DNA from: Selaginella moellendorffii
Taxonomy: Eukaryota > Plantae > Lycopodiophyta
Reading direction: 5' to 3'
Assembly (NCBI RefSeq): GCF_000143415.4
Contig: NW_003314379.1
Span: forward strand, 186,001-250,000
Length of the DNA: 64,000 bases
Shown here one piece after another: positions 1 through 10,906 of the stretch (position 1 is its first letter; each line of letters begins with the position of its first letter). The position numbers were made by a program, and so were the translations under genes. The notes under the pieces were generated by a model, which was not told where the DNA came from, did no database searches, and saw nothing but the letters and a program-made list of their open reading frames with translations.

Positions 1-217
1 TAACAACAAAGCAGCCTACATTGTTTTGGAACCACCGGATTTTTGCGAGCCCGACATTTGTGTTTTTGAGGCGGTCTTCCCGCGGCCACATGTAAGCAAT
101 TTCGTTTTGATACTTCCATCCACCGCTTTGGTTGCTATTCCGCAGGTTATGCCGTATTACGATCATGTTAATGTTATGGATTCAGACGACGAGCTGGATC
201 TGCCAAAAGACGGATAA
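1..217 (+). CDS. PP7: Last two exons of a PP7-type Ser/Thr protein phosphatase (partial; 5' part outside window)
   Basis: Exon <1..91 (NNKAAYIVLEPPDF...PRPH), GT-AG intron 92..145, exon 146..217 (VMPYYDHVNVMDSDDELDLPKDG*). Near-identical to 4797..5013, which continues a PPP phosphatase. Confidence 0.8.
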   Translation, partial: NNKAAYIVLEPPDFCEPDICVFEAVFPRPHVSNFVLILPSTALVAIPQVMPYYDHVNVMDSDDELDLPKDG

Positions 218-352
218 AAAAAAACTAGAAAAATGCCACGACTGCCACCTTTGAGGTCTTCGTGGGCGTTGGACTTTTATGCTCGTAGGAGTCAAGAAAA
301 TCATTCGTGACAATATATTTCCGAGCTAGAGCTGCAAGAGAGCTAGGAGAAA

Positions 353-1974
353 ATGGCGAGTGATTTTGTTTTGGTTGTTGCGGCAGCACTATCGATCGCT
401 GCTGTGCTATGGAAGCTATGGAAGAGTAGAATTAAATCGTCTCTTCTTCCCCCAGGTCCCATTGGGCTTCCACTGATCGGCCATCTCCACTTGCTCTTTG
501 CAAATCCTCCACACACCGTGCTCCAGAGGCTGTCGGCTCGCCATGGACCGATCATGTCACTGCGATTCGGGCATGTGCCAGTGGTTGTCGTCTCCAGCCC
601 AGCAGCCGCCAAGGAGTTCCTCAAGACCCACGACGCCGCCTTTGCGTCTCGCCCGCCGAGCGCCGCCGGGAGGATCATCGTCCACTACAACGCCGACATC
701 GTTTTCGCCCCCTATGGCGACTCGTGGAGGCACTTGCGCAAGATCGCGACACTGGAACTCCTCACAGCTCGCCGGATTGACATGTTTCGGGGCGCGAGAA
801 TGGAAGAAGTAAGATCCATGTGCCGATCGCTACTAGTAGCGGACGATCGCGAGACGGGGATCGTGGATGTTCGTGGGCGACTGACGGCGCTCACCTTCAA
901 TCTCATCACTTTTATGCTCATGGGCAAGTGCTACTTTGGCAAGGACACGGAGAACGAGGAGGGGGCAAAAAAGTTTTTGGAGGTAATTGCAAGCATATTT
1001 GAGGTATGTGGAGACTTTCCACTTGGGGATTACTTCCCATGGCTTCCCAAGTTCTTGGATCCAACAGAACGTCGTATGCATTCCTTAGCTAAATCCTTTC
1101 ATGAATTCCTTAGTGATAATATCACTGAACACGAGAACAAGAAAAACAACAGTGAAAAGAATAACATTGACAAAGATTTCTTGGACATCCTCCTCTCTCT
1201 GAGAGACAATGGTAACGAGCATCTACAAAACAAAAACATCATAAGTATCATGACGGTAAGAAAAAGAATTCGATCAATCAGTCTCATCACTTGAGATCTT
1301 TTTCTTGGCAGAACTTGGTCACAGCTGGAACCGACACCTCAGCAGTGACACTCGAGTGGGCGATGGCTGAGTCGATCAAAAACCCCACCATCGCTGCCAA
1401 AGCCCGAGAAGAAATCGAGCTAGTTCTCGGTGAGAAGTGGAGGACGAAGATGGTGGAAGAGCCTGATCTTTCACAGCTAACTTATCTCCAAGCCATCGTC
1501 AAGGAGACACTCCGGCTGCATCCTGCGGGACCGCTGCTGGTCCCCCACCAATCCACCGAGGCGGTTAGCAATGTAATGGGGTACCATGTACCGCGCGGCA
1601 CGACGGTGCTCATCAACGCCTACACCATCGCCAGAGACTCTACCGCCTGGGGCGACGACGCGCTGCTCTTCCGGCCCGAGAGATTCCTTGGCACGGATCT
1701 GGACATCCGGGGCAGGGACTTCGAGGCGGTGCCGTTTGGATCGGGGCGGCGGCAATGCCCGGGAATGGCACTGGCGCTCACCACTGTCCATCTCACGCTC
1801 GCCAACCTCCTCCATGGATTCGAGTGGAGAGAGCCCAGCGGTGAGAGCATCGACACGAGCAAGGAGCAGTATGGATTGACGCTGCTCTTGGCAAAGAAGC
1901 TCCGACTAATCGCCACCCCACGGCTAGAACAAGGTACCTTAAAGCTCCGATCCAAAGAAAGCTTGGAAGAATAG
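353..1974 (+). CDS. Cytochrome P450, CYP71 clan (A-type), copy 1, intact, 521 aa
   Basis: Exons 353..1255 and 1312..1974, phase-0 intron 1256..1311. N-terminal TM anchor, LPPGP hinge, AGTDTS I-helix, ETLR, PERF, FGSGRRQCPG heme motif. Confidence 0.95.
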
Positions 1975-2234
1975 CTTCCTTGATAAACCATGAATAAGAA
2001 AGAAACCACGAACTTTCAGCACTATCTCTCCAAATGAACACTGCTGGCCTCATCAGGAGCCTCTTTGCGAATGAGATTTTTGCATGGCATGGACATTTTT
2101 ATAACAAATATAAAGATAATTTGTAAGTATTAAATATTCTGAAGAAATTGTTGAAGACTTGGAAAAGAATAGACTAAGAGTAGATTGTTGGATCTAATTT
2201 GATTTCCAAGTGTGATTGAAGCTCTTGTTAATGT

Positions 2235-3131
2235 TCAGCTTATCAGCAGCTTGACAACATCTACGTTATTGCTTGCAACGTGCATAGCTAGCAGGGGGTT
2301 GGCAAAATCTGCATCCTTGTTCTTCCTTGCAGCCCGCATAGATTGGAGCAAGGGATTGGACAGGTTTCACTCCGATGACAAGAAGTCCAAAAGCTTATTT
2401 TCATCTTCGCTTAGAAGCGTTGTGGTGCTCTCCAACAACAGCTTCCAGCAGTGTCCACATTCCTGAGCTCCACCCTGTGAAGCAGTAACGCACAAGCCCC
2501 AATAAATTTGATCCGTGCACCACATTCTTGCACCAAGCTTCCCCCGACCATATGCTTGAGAAACATCTCCAAGAAGCAGACAAGGCAGTCTAGCGGTACC
2601 TGGCCCCGTGCACACGCATCGTGCAGCTCCTTGAATATGCTATCAGCATCACTAGCCAATTCAAAGGCAATGTTCTTGAAGCCCCGCAGCGAGACAGTCA
2701 TAAACCAGGTGCCAAACTCTAAAACTGATCTCCACTTGCTCTCAGATACCAAGTTTCTCCAATGCTGGCACATCCTCATCTCTGCTTGTGTTGTGGCTTG
2801 CAACTGGCCGTAGTCTGAAATGCTGGTGTAGAGATAACTGAGCTTCTTTTTACATTCAGGTGTGCATTGCCATGCCTCCAACGCCGTCGTAAACTCTATC
2901 ATCTCAGCTTGGGGGAAGAAAGCCTTGGGAGGGCGTAGCTCTGGGAGAGGCTTCAATTCCATATCTTGCCTGTTCAGCCGCCGCTCCAGCACGCTTCCCT
3001 TCTGCAATCTATTTCCTACCAACTTTCTAGGATATCCCCTCCCAATACGCCAACACATCCAGCGACTGTTGGATTTGGATGGAATCCCCCTTGTTCTTCT
3101 TCAGTTCCTCCAAAGCTTTCTCGGCCATCAT
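2235..3131 (-). pseudogene. Unknown helical protein with an ankyrin-like C-terminal remnant, copy 1 (disrupted)
   Basis: Reading frames 2411..3058 and downstream match copy 2 (6910..7455). Lesions are a 1-bp deletion near 2450 and a TGA near 2367. The tail resembles one ankyrin repeat (copy 2: NPLLAMHVAS..DVVKLLIS). Confidence 0.55.
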
Positions 3132-3190
3132 CAGATCTGTGGAGCATGTTCTATTTTCATAGCTTCGATCGTTAAAAGGTACTTTGTTCC

Positions 3191-3526
3191 AAACATTCGT
3201 TCCTCGTCGGGGAGGCCGGCCAGATCAAAGAGATGGAGCAAATCATGGAGCTGGCCGTGCAAATCGCCCACCAGGACGATGCTACTGGAGCTCGACCGTG
3301 GCGGCTCCAGGCGCAAGCAATTGGGCTCCTTGTGCATGATCTTGGAAGCCCTGGCGATGAGCGAATCGGCGACCGCGACTGGCACTACCTGGCGCAGTGC
3401 TTGCGTCCTCAGCATGGAGGCCGCCTCCGCCAGGGTCTCGCCCACGCCGATTACCCATTCTCGCGTCAATCCTCCATCCTCTGGCCATTCCACTACCTTG
3501 CTCACCACCTCCTCCTCTGCCGCCAT
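3191..3526 (-). pseudogene. PP7: Inverted N-terminal part of PP7 phosphatase
   Basis: ATG at 3526: MAAEEEVV...IVLVGDLHGQLHDLLHLFDLAGLPDEERMF, containing the GDxHG metal-binding motif. It breaks off exactly where the + strand piece resumes with VFNGDYVDRG. Confidence 0.88.
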
Positions 3527-3590
3527 CGCCACTCCTTGCGCCTGATCCGAGCTGGATTCCGGGACTGGCGCCTTTGTTGCCCCTCTTCTT

Positions 3591-3911
3591 CGACGGTGCT
3601 CATCAACGCCTATGCCATCGCCAGAGACTCTTCCGCCTGGGGTGACGATGCGCTGCTCTTCCGGCCCGAGAGATTCCTTGGCACGGATCTGGACATCCGG
3701 GGCAGGGACTTCGAGGCAGTGCCGTTTGGATCGGCGACAATGCCCGGGAATGGCACTGGCACTCACCACTGTCCATCTCACGCTCGCCAACCTCCTCCAT
3801 GGATTCGAGTGGAGAGAGCCCAGCGGTGAGAGTATCGACACGAGCAACGAGCAATATGGATTGACGTTGCTCATGGCAAACAAGCTGCGATTGATCTCCA
3901 CCCCTCGCCTT
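3591..3911 (+). pseudogene. P450 exon-2 fragment (copy-3 type), inverted; its last codons lie at 3172..3190 on the - strand
   Basis: TVLINAYAIARD...PERF...LLMANKLRLISTPRL matches copy 3. There is a 5-bp deletion in the FGSGRR motif near 3733. 3172..3190 matches the copy-3 end (EQSTF*). Confidence 0.88.
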
Positions 3912-5013
3912 GTGTTTAACGGGGACTATGTGGATCGAGGAGTGTGGGGATTCGAGACTTACTTTCTCCTCCTTGCTTGGAAGGTATGATCTCAGAATCA
4001 CGTTTTCTTTTTTACTTCTTTCTGGTGGTAGTGAAAGGTGCTACCTCACCGAGTTTTTCTTCTGCGAGGAAACCACGAGACAAAGTTCTGTACGAGCGTC
4101 TACGGCTTCGAGAAAGAGGTCTCCGTCAAGTTTGGGGAGCATTCCAAGCATTTCTACCGCAAGCTCTTGGGATGTTTCGAGGGCCATCCTCTGGCGGCGG
4201 TGATAGCCGGCAAAGTTTTCATGGCACACGGTGGCTTGTTCCGGAGCTTGGAACCGGGGCCTTCTACGCGATCTTTCTTGGTGAGAGCTGCTGCTAAGCT
4301 CAAGCTGGGTGATCTGGACGACCTTGCAAAGTCGAGAAGAGGCGTGCTGGATCCGTCGGCCGTGGGAAACAACGTGATACCGGGTGATATCTTGTGGTCC
4401 GATCCATCTCCAAACCCGGGGCTTGCGAGCAACGAAGGTCGAGGGATCGGGCTTGTTTTTGGACCGGATTGTACTCAGGAGTTTATGGACAAGCACAAGC
4501 TAAAGGTAAGGTGGTGTTTTGTGTCGTTTGCTCACGATCATTGGCATTGTTCGGCAGTGCAGCTTATAGTGAGATCTCACGAGGGGCCGGATGCGAGACA
4601 GAAGCGTCCTGAGATGGCAAGCATGGACAAAGGCTACACGATCGACCACGTTGTCAAGGCTGGAAAGCTCATCACTCTGTTCAGTGCTCCCGACTATCCC
4701 CAGTTTCAGGTTGGCCTTCTTCATTTCGTGTTTTCTTTCTTCGTAAATTCAACGAAGTTTCGATTGTCAACAATGGCAGGCGACCGAAACTCGCTTTAAC
4801 AACAAAGCAGCCTACATTGTTTTGGAACCACCGGATTTTTGCGAGCTCGACATTTGTGTTTTTGAGGCGGTCCTCCCGCAGCCACATGTAAGCAATTTCA
4901 ATTTGATACTTCCATCCACCGCTTTGGTTGCTTTTCCGCAGGTTATGCCATATTACGATCATGTTAATGTTACGGATTCAGACGACGAGCTAGATCTGCC
5001 AAAAGACGGATAA
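3912..5013 (+). pseudogene. PP7: PP7 phosphatase, catalytic core and C-terminus (N-terminus removed by inversion)
   Basis: Exons 3912..3983, 4038..4505, 4563..4709, 4780..4887, 4942..5013, all introns GT-AG. Motifs GDYVDRG, LRGNHE, HGGLF, WSDP, RSHEGPD, LITLFSAPDYPQFQ (PP7-type). Confidence 0.88.
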
Positions 5014-5141
5014 AAAAAATCTAGAAAAATGCCACGACTGCCACCTTTGAGGTCCTCGTGGGCGTTGGTCGTAGGAGTCAAGATCCTTCGTGACAATATA
5101 TTTCGGAGTGAGAGCTGCAAGAGAGCTGCGACAAGGAGAAA

Positions 5142-6734
5142 ATGGCGAGTGATTTTGTTTTGGTTGTGGCGGCAGCACTATCGATTACTGCTGTGCTATG
5201 GAAGCTATGGAAGAGTAGAATTAAATCGTCTCTTCTTCCTCCAGGTCCCATTGGGCTTCCACTGATCGGCCATCTCCACTTGCTCTTCCTCCGCATACCG
5301 TGCTCCAGAGGCTGTCGGCTCGCCATGGACCGATCATGTCGCTGCGATTCGGGCATGTGCCAGTGGTTGTCGCCTCCAGCCCAGCAGCCGCCAAGGAGTT
5401 CCTCAAGACCCACGACGCCGCCTTTGCGTCTCGCCCGCTGAGCGCCGCCGGGAGGATCATCGTCCACTACAACGCCGGCATCGTTTTCGCCCCCTATGGC
5501 GACTCGTGGCGGCACTTGCGCAAGATCGCGACGCTGGAACTCCTCACAGCTCGCCGGATTGACATGTTTCGGAGTGCGAGAATGGAAGAAGTAAGATCCA
5601 TGTGCCGATCGCTACTAGTAGCAGATGATCGTGAGACAGGGATTGTGGATGTTCGTGGGCGAGTGACAGCGCTCACCTTCAATCTCATCACTTTCATGCT
5701 CATGGGCAAACGTTACTTTGGCAAGGACACTGAAAACGAGGAGGGGGCGAGAAAGTTTTTGGAAGTGATTGCGGGCACCTTTGAGGTATGTGGAGAGTTT
5801 CCAATCGGGGATTACTTCCCGTGGCTCCCCAAGTTTTTGGATCCGGCAGAACATCGTATGCATTCCCTGGCTAAATCCTTGCACGAGTTCCTCGGGGAAA
5901 ACATCTCCGAGCACGAGAACAAGAGAAAGAACAACAAGAAGAATAACACTGACGAGGATTTCTTAGACATCCTCCTCTCTCTGAGAGACAATGGTGACAA
6001 GCATCTACAAAACGAAAACATCAGAAGTGTCATGACAGTAAGAAGAAGAGTTTATCAATTCGATCAATCAGTCTCATCACTTGAGATCTTTTTCTTGGCA
6101 GAACTTGGTCACGGCCGGAACCGACACCTCAGCAGTGACGCTCGAGTGGGCGATGGCCGAGTCAATCAAAAACCCCACCATCGCCGCCAAAGCCCGAGAA
6201 GAAATCGAGCTAGTTCTCGGTGAGAAGTGGAGGACGAAGATGGTGGAAGAGCCTGATCTTTCACAGCTAACTTATCTCCAAGCCATCGTCAAGGAGACAC
6301 TCCGGCTGCATCCTGCGGGACCGCTGCTGGTCCCCCACCAATCCACCGAGGCGGTTAGCAATGTAATGGGGTACCATGTACCACGCGGCACGACGGTGCT
6401 CATCAATGCCTACGCCATCGCCAGAGACTCTACCGCCTGGGGTGACGACGCGCTGCTCTTCCGGCCAGAGAGATTCCTTGGCACGGATCTGGACATCCGG
6501 GGCAGGGACTTCGAGGCTGTGCCGTTTGGATCGGGGCGGCGACAATGCCCGGGAATGGCACTGGCACTCACCACTGTCCATCTCACGCTTGCCAACCTCC
6601 TCCATGGATTTGAGTGGAGAGAGCCCAGCGGTGAGAGCATCGACACGAGCAAGGAGCAGTATGAATTGACGCTGCTCTTGGCAAAGAAGCTGCGACTGAT
6701 CGCCACCCCACGGCTAGAACAAGGTACCTTATAG
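5142..6734 (+). pseudogene. CYP71-clan P450, copy 2, frameshifted
   Basis: Collinear with copy 1 (intron 6038..6101), but a 7-bp deletion (tgcaaat) at ~5287 shifts the frame just after GHLHLL. The remainder is open. Confidence 0.88.
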
Positions 6735-6909
6735 CTCCGATCGAAAGAAAGCTTGGAAGAATAGCTTCCTTGATAAACCATGAATAAGAAAGAAACCACG
6801 AACTTTTGGCACAATTATTAAATATTCTGAAAAAATTGTTGAAAACTTGGAAAAGAATAGACTAAGAATTAATTTGATTTCCAAGTGTGATTGAAGCTCT
6901 TGTTAATGT

Positions 6910-7499
6910 TCAGCTTATCAGCAGCTTGACAACATCTATGTTAGTGCTTGCAACGTGCATAGCTAGTAGGGGGTTGGCAGAATCTGCATTCTTGTTCTTC
7001 CTTGCAGCCCGCATAGATTGGAGCAAGGGATTGGACAAGTTGCACTCCAATGACAAGAAATCCAAAAGCTTATCTTCATCTTCGCTTAGAAGCGTTGTGG
7101 TGCTCTCCAACAACAGCTTCCAGCAGGTGTCCACATTCCTGAGCTCGACTCCGTGAAGCAGTAACGCACAAGCCCCAATGAATTTGATCCGTGCACCACA
7201 TTCTTGCACCAAGCTTCCCCCGACCATAAGCCTGAGAAACATCTCCAAGAAGCAGACAAGGCAGTCTGGCGGTACCTGGCCCCATGCACACGCATCGTGA
7301 AGCTCCTTGAATATTCTATCAGCATCACTAGCCAGTTCAAATGGAATGTTCTTGAAGCCCCGGAGCGAGACGGTCATAAACCAGGTGCCAAACTCTAAAA
7401 CTGATCTCCACTTTCTCTCAGATACCAAGCTTCTCCAATGCTGGCACATCCTCATCTCCGGAATCCCCGTTTGTCTCCAAAGCTTTTTTAGCCATCATC
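6910..7499 (-). pseudogene. Unknown protein with ankyrin-like tail, copy 2 (internal ~300 bp deletion)
   Basis: ORF 6910..7455 matches copy 1. The junction at ~7459 joins sequence equivalent to ~2781 directly to ~3081. Confidence 0.55.
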
Positions 7500-7557
7500 A
7501 GATCTGATCCTTTAGGGTTTGGAGCATGTTTTATTTTTATAGCTGACTGCTTAATCG

Positions 7558-9157
7558 TTAAAAGGTACTTTGTTCCAGGCGAGGGGTGGAGATCAATCGC
7601 AGCTTGTTTGCCATGAGCAACGTCAATCCATACTGCTCCTTGCTCGTGTCGATGCTCTCACCGCTGGGTTCTCTCCACTCGAATCCATGGAGGAGGTTGG
7701 CAAGCGTGAGATGGACAGTGGTGAGCGCCAGTGCCATTCCCGGGCATTGTCGCCGCCCTGATCCAAACGGCACCGCCTCGAAGTCCCTGCCCCGGATGTC
7801 CAGATCCGTGCCAAGGAATCTCTCGGGCCGGAAGAGCAGCGCGTCGTCACCCCAGGCGGAAGTGTCTCTGGCGATGGCGTAGGCGTTGATGAGCACCGTC
7901 GTGCCGCGCGGTATGTGGTACCCCATGACGTTGCTAACCGGCTGCGTGGATTGGTGGGGGACGAGCAGTGGTACTGCCGGATGTAGCCGGAGTGTCTCCT
8001 TGACGATGGCCTGGAGATAAGTTAGCTGTGAGAGGTCGTGCTCTTCCACCATCTTCGTCATCCACTTCTCGCCAAGAACTAACTCGATCTCTTCTCGGGC
8101 TTTGGCGGCAATGGTGGGGTTTTTTATTGACTCGGCCATCGCCCACTCGAGCGTCACTGCTGAGGTTTCAGTTCCGGCCGCGACCAAGTTCTGCCAAAGA
8201 AAAAGATCGTGAGTGATGAGCTACTGATTGGTCGAATTGAGAAACTTTTCTTACGGTCATAACACTTATGATATTTTTGTTTTGTAGTCGCTCGTCGCCA
8301 TTGTCTCTCAGGGAAAGGAGGATGTCCAAGAAATCATCTTCGGTGCTATTTTTCTCACTGTTATTTCTCTTGTTCTCGTGCTCGGAGATGTTGTCCATGA
8401 GGAACTCGTGCAAGGATTTAGCTAAGGAATGCATACGATGTTCTGCCGGATCCAAAAACTTGGGGAGCCACGGGAAGTAATCCCCAATTGGAAACTCTCC
8501 ACAGACCTCAAATGTACCCGCAATCACATTCAGAAACTTTTTTGCCCCCTCATCGTTCTCTGCGTCCTTGCCAAAGTAGCGCTTGCCCATGAGCATGAAA
8601 GTGATGAGATTGAACGTGAGCGCTGACAGTCTCCCACGAACATCCACGATACCCGTCTCGCAATTGTTCACCCCTAGTAGCGATTGGCACATGGATCTTA
8701 CCTCTTCCATTCTCGCGCCCTGAAACATGTCAATCCGGCGAGCTGTGAGGAGCTCCAGTGTCGCGATCTTGCGCAAGTGCCGCCACGAGTCGCCATAGGG
8801 GGCGAAAGCGATGTCAGCGTTGTAGTGGACGAAGATCCTCCCGACGGCGCTCAGTGGGCGAGATGCAAAGGCGGCATCGTGGGTCTTGAGGAACTCCTTG
8901 GCGGCTGCTGGGCTGGAGGCGACAACCACTGGAACATGCCCGAATCGCAGTGACATGATCGGTCCATGGCGAGCCGACAGCCTCTGGAGCACGGTGTGCG
9001 GAGGATTTGCAAAGAGCAAGTGGAGATGGCCGATCAGTGGAAGCCCAATGGGACCTGGGGGAAGAAGAGACGATTTAATTCTACTCTTCCATAGCTTCCA
9101 TAGCACAGCAGCGATCAATAGTGCTGCCGCCACAACCAAAACAAAATCACTCCCCAT
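7558..9157 (-). CDS. CYP71-clan P450, copy 3, intact, 511 aa
   Basis: Exons 9157..8255 and 8190..7558, intron 8254..8191. AGTETS, ETLR, PERF and FGSGRRQCPG are all intact. Confidence 0.95.
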
Positions 9158-9499
9158 TTCCTCTTCTCAGCTCTATCGCTCAGCTGAAGATATATTTGTT
9201 TCAGCATAAAAGTTGACAACTATAAAAGACACGAAAATGGATCTTTTCCTTTGGCTACGATGTCGGAATCCATGACAAATTGGAAAAGCCAAAAAAACGG
9301 TGGACTATCTACCATTTCCATGATAAAAAAATCCGATGGTTTCAAAGCAATATACACATTTTTGTGTTAACAATTGCATGTCATTGTTGACAGAGCCAAT
9401 CTTTTTCCCAAAGTTATGGATCCAAATCACGAAATGAGCTTCTTGTAAGTCCTTGAATCATGTTCTTGCTCTTCATTAACTTTCTACTAAATCCCTAAC

Positions 9500-9676
9500 G
9501 ATCTAGCTCCGATCCAAAAATTTAAAGCTTGGAAGAATAATCGACGAAACTGCGAAACGATGCGCACTATCACTCCAAACCGAGGCTCGCCATCGCGAAA
9601 GTAACTGCGTGCCTCATGTACTCGGGGAAACGATCCGGGAAGATGTGAAGGCGAGGTTCCTTGGTAACCACGGCCA
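9500..9676 (-). pseudogene. Duplicated 3' end of the decayed kinase at 10907-12050
   Basis: AVVTKEPRLHIFPDRFPEYMRHAVTFAMASLGLE* parallels 10907..11030. The flanks 9158..9480 and 10459..10795 are also duplicated. Confidence 0.7.
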
Positions 9677-10453
9677 GTTCTGCTAAGAAAAAAATCATGA
9701 GTGATGATACTGATTGATAGAATTGAAAAACTTTTCTTCTTACTGTCATGACATTTATGATATTTTCGTTTCATAATCACTTGTTACCATTTTCTTTTAG
9801 AGAGAGGAGGATGTTCAAGAAATCTTTATCAATATTATTCTTCTCGTTGTTGTTTCTTTTGTTCTCGTGTTTGGCAATGTTGTCCCTAAGGAACTCATGC
9901 AAAGATTTAACTTAGGAATGCATATGATGTTCTGTCGGATACAACAATTTGGTAAGCCATGGGAAGTAATTCCCAACTAGAAACTTTTTACATATCTCAA
10001 ACATACTTTTGATTGCCTTTAAGAACTTTTTTGCCTTCTCATCGTTTTCTACATCCTTACCATAGTAATGCTTGCCCATGAGCATGAAAGTGATGAAATT
10101 GACGTGAGTGCCATCACTCGCCCACGAACATCCACAATCCCCATCTCGTGATCACATGGATCTTACCTCGTCCATTCTCGCGCCCTGAAACATGTCAGTC
10201 TGGTGAAATGTGAGGAGCTCCAGCGTCGCAATCTTGCGCAAGTGGCGCCACGAGTCGCCATATGGCGAGCCGACAGCCTCTGGAGCACAGTGTGCGGAGG
10301 ATTTGCAAAGAGCAAGTGGAGATGGCCCATCAGTGGAAGCCCAATGGGACCTGGGGGAAGAAGAGACGATTTAATTCTACTCTTCCATAGCTTCCATAGC
10401 ACAGCAGCGATCGATAGTGCTGCCGCCACAACCAAAACAAAATCACTCGCTAT
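9677..10453 (-). pseudogene. CYP71-clan P450, copy 4: exon 1 plus intron only, decayed
   Basis: Start codon mutated to ATA (10453). ~170-bp deletion at ~10261, stop codons and many C>T/G>A changes. Exon 2 is lost just after the splice acceptor. Confidence 0.88.
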
Positions 10454-10906
10454 TTCCTCTTTTCTCAGCTCCATCGCTCAGCTGAAGATATATTTGTTTC
10501 AGCATAAAATTTGACAACTATAAAAGACACGAAAATGGATCTTTTCCTTAGGCTGCGACGTTGGAATCCATGACAAACTGGAAAAGCTTTCTACCATTTC
10601 CATGATAAAAAATCCGATGGTTTCAAAACAATATACACTTTTTTGTGTTAACAATCGCCTATCATTGTTGACAGTAGAAACTTGGGTCAAGCCACAGACG
10701 CCTAAGCCCAACCCTCAGAGCCAATCTTTTCCCGAAGTTACGGATCCAAATCACGAAATGAATTTCTTGAATCATGATCTTGCTCTTCATTAATAGTCTC
10801 TTTTTTAAAGTTGAACTTTTTCATCTAATTCCCCTGAACAAGGTTCCGATCCAAAGATCTAAAGCTTGGAAGAATAATCGAAGAAACTGCGAAACTATGC
10901 GCACTA

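Larger units (their letters stand above)
1..7505. repeat. Tandem segmental duplication, unit ~4.8 kb (PP7 3' end - P450 - unknown gene): 1..~3135 matches 4797..~7505
   Basis: Position 1 (taacaacaaagcagcc) aligns to 4797. Collinear high identity runs through the PP7 tail, the P450, its 3' flank and the minus-strand unknown gene, with several indels. Confidence 0.92.
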
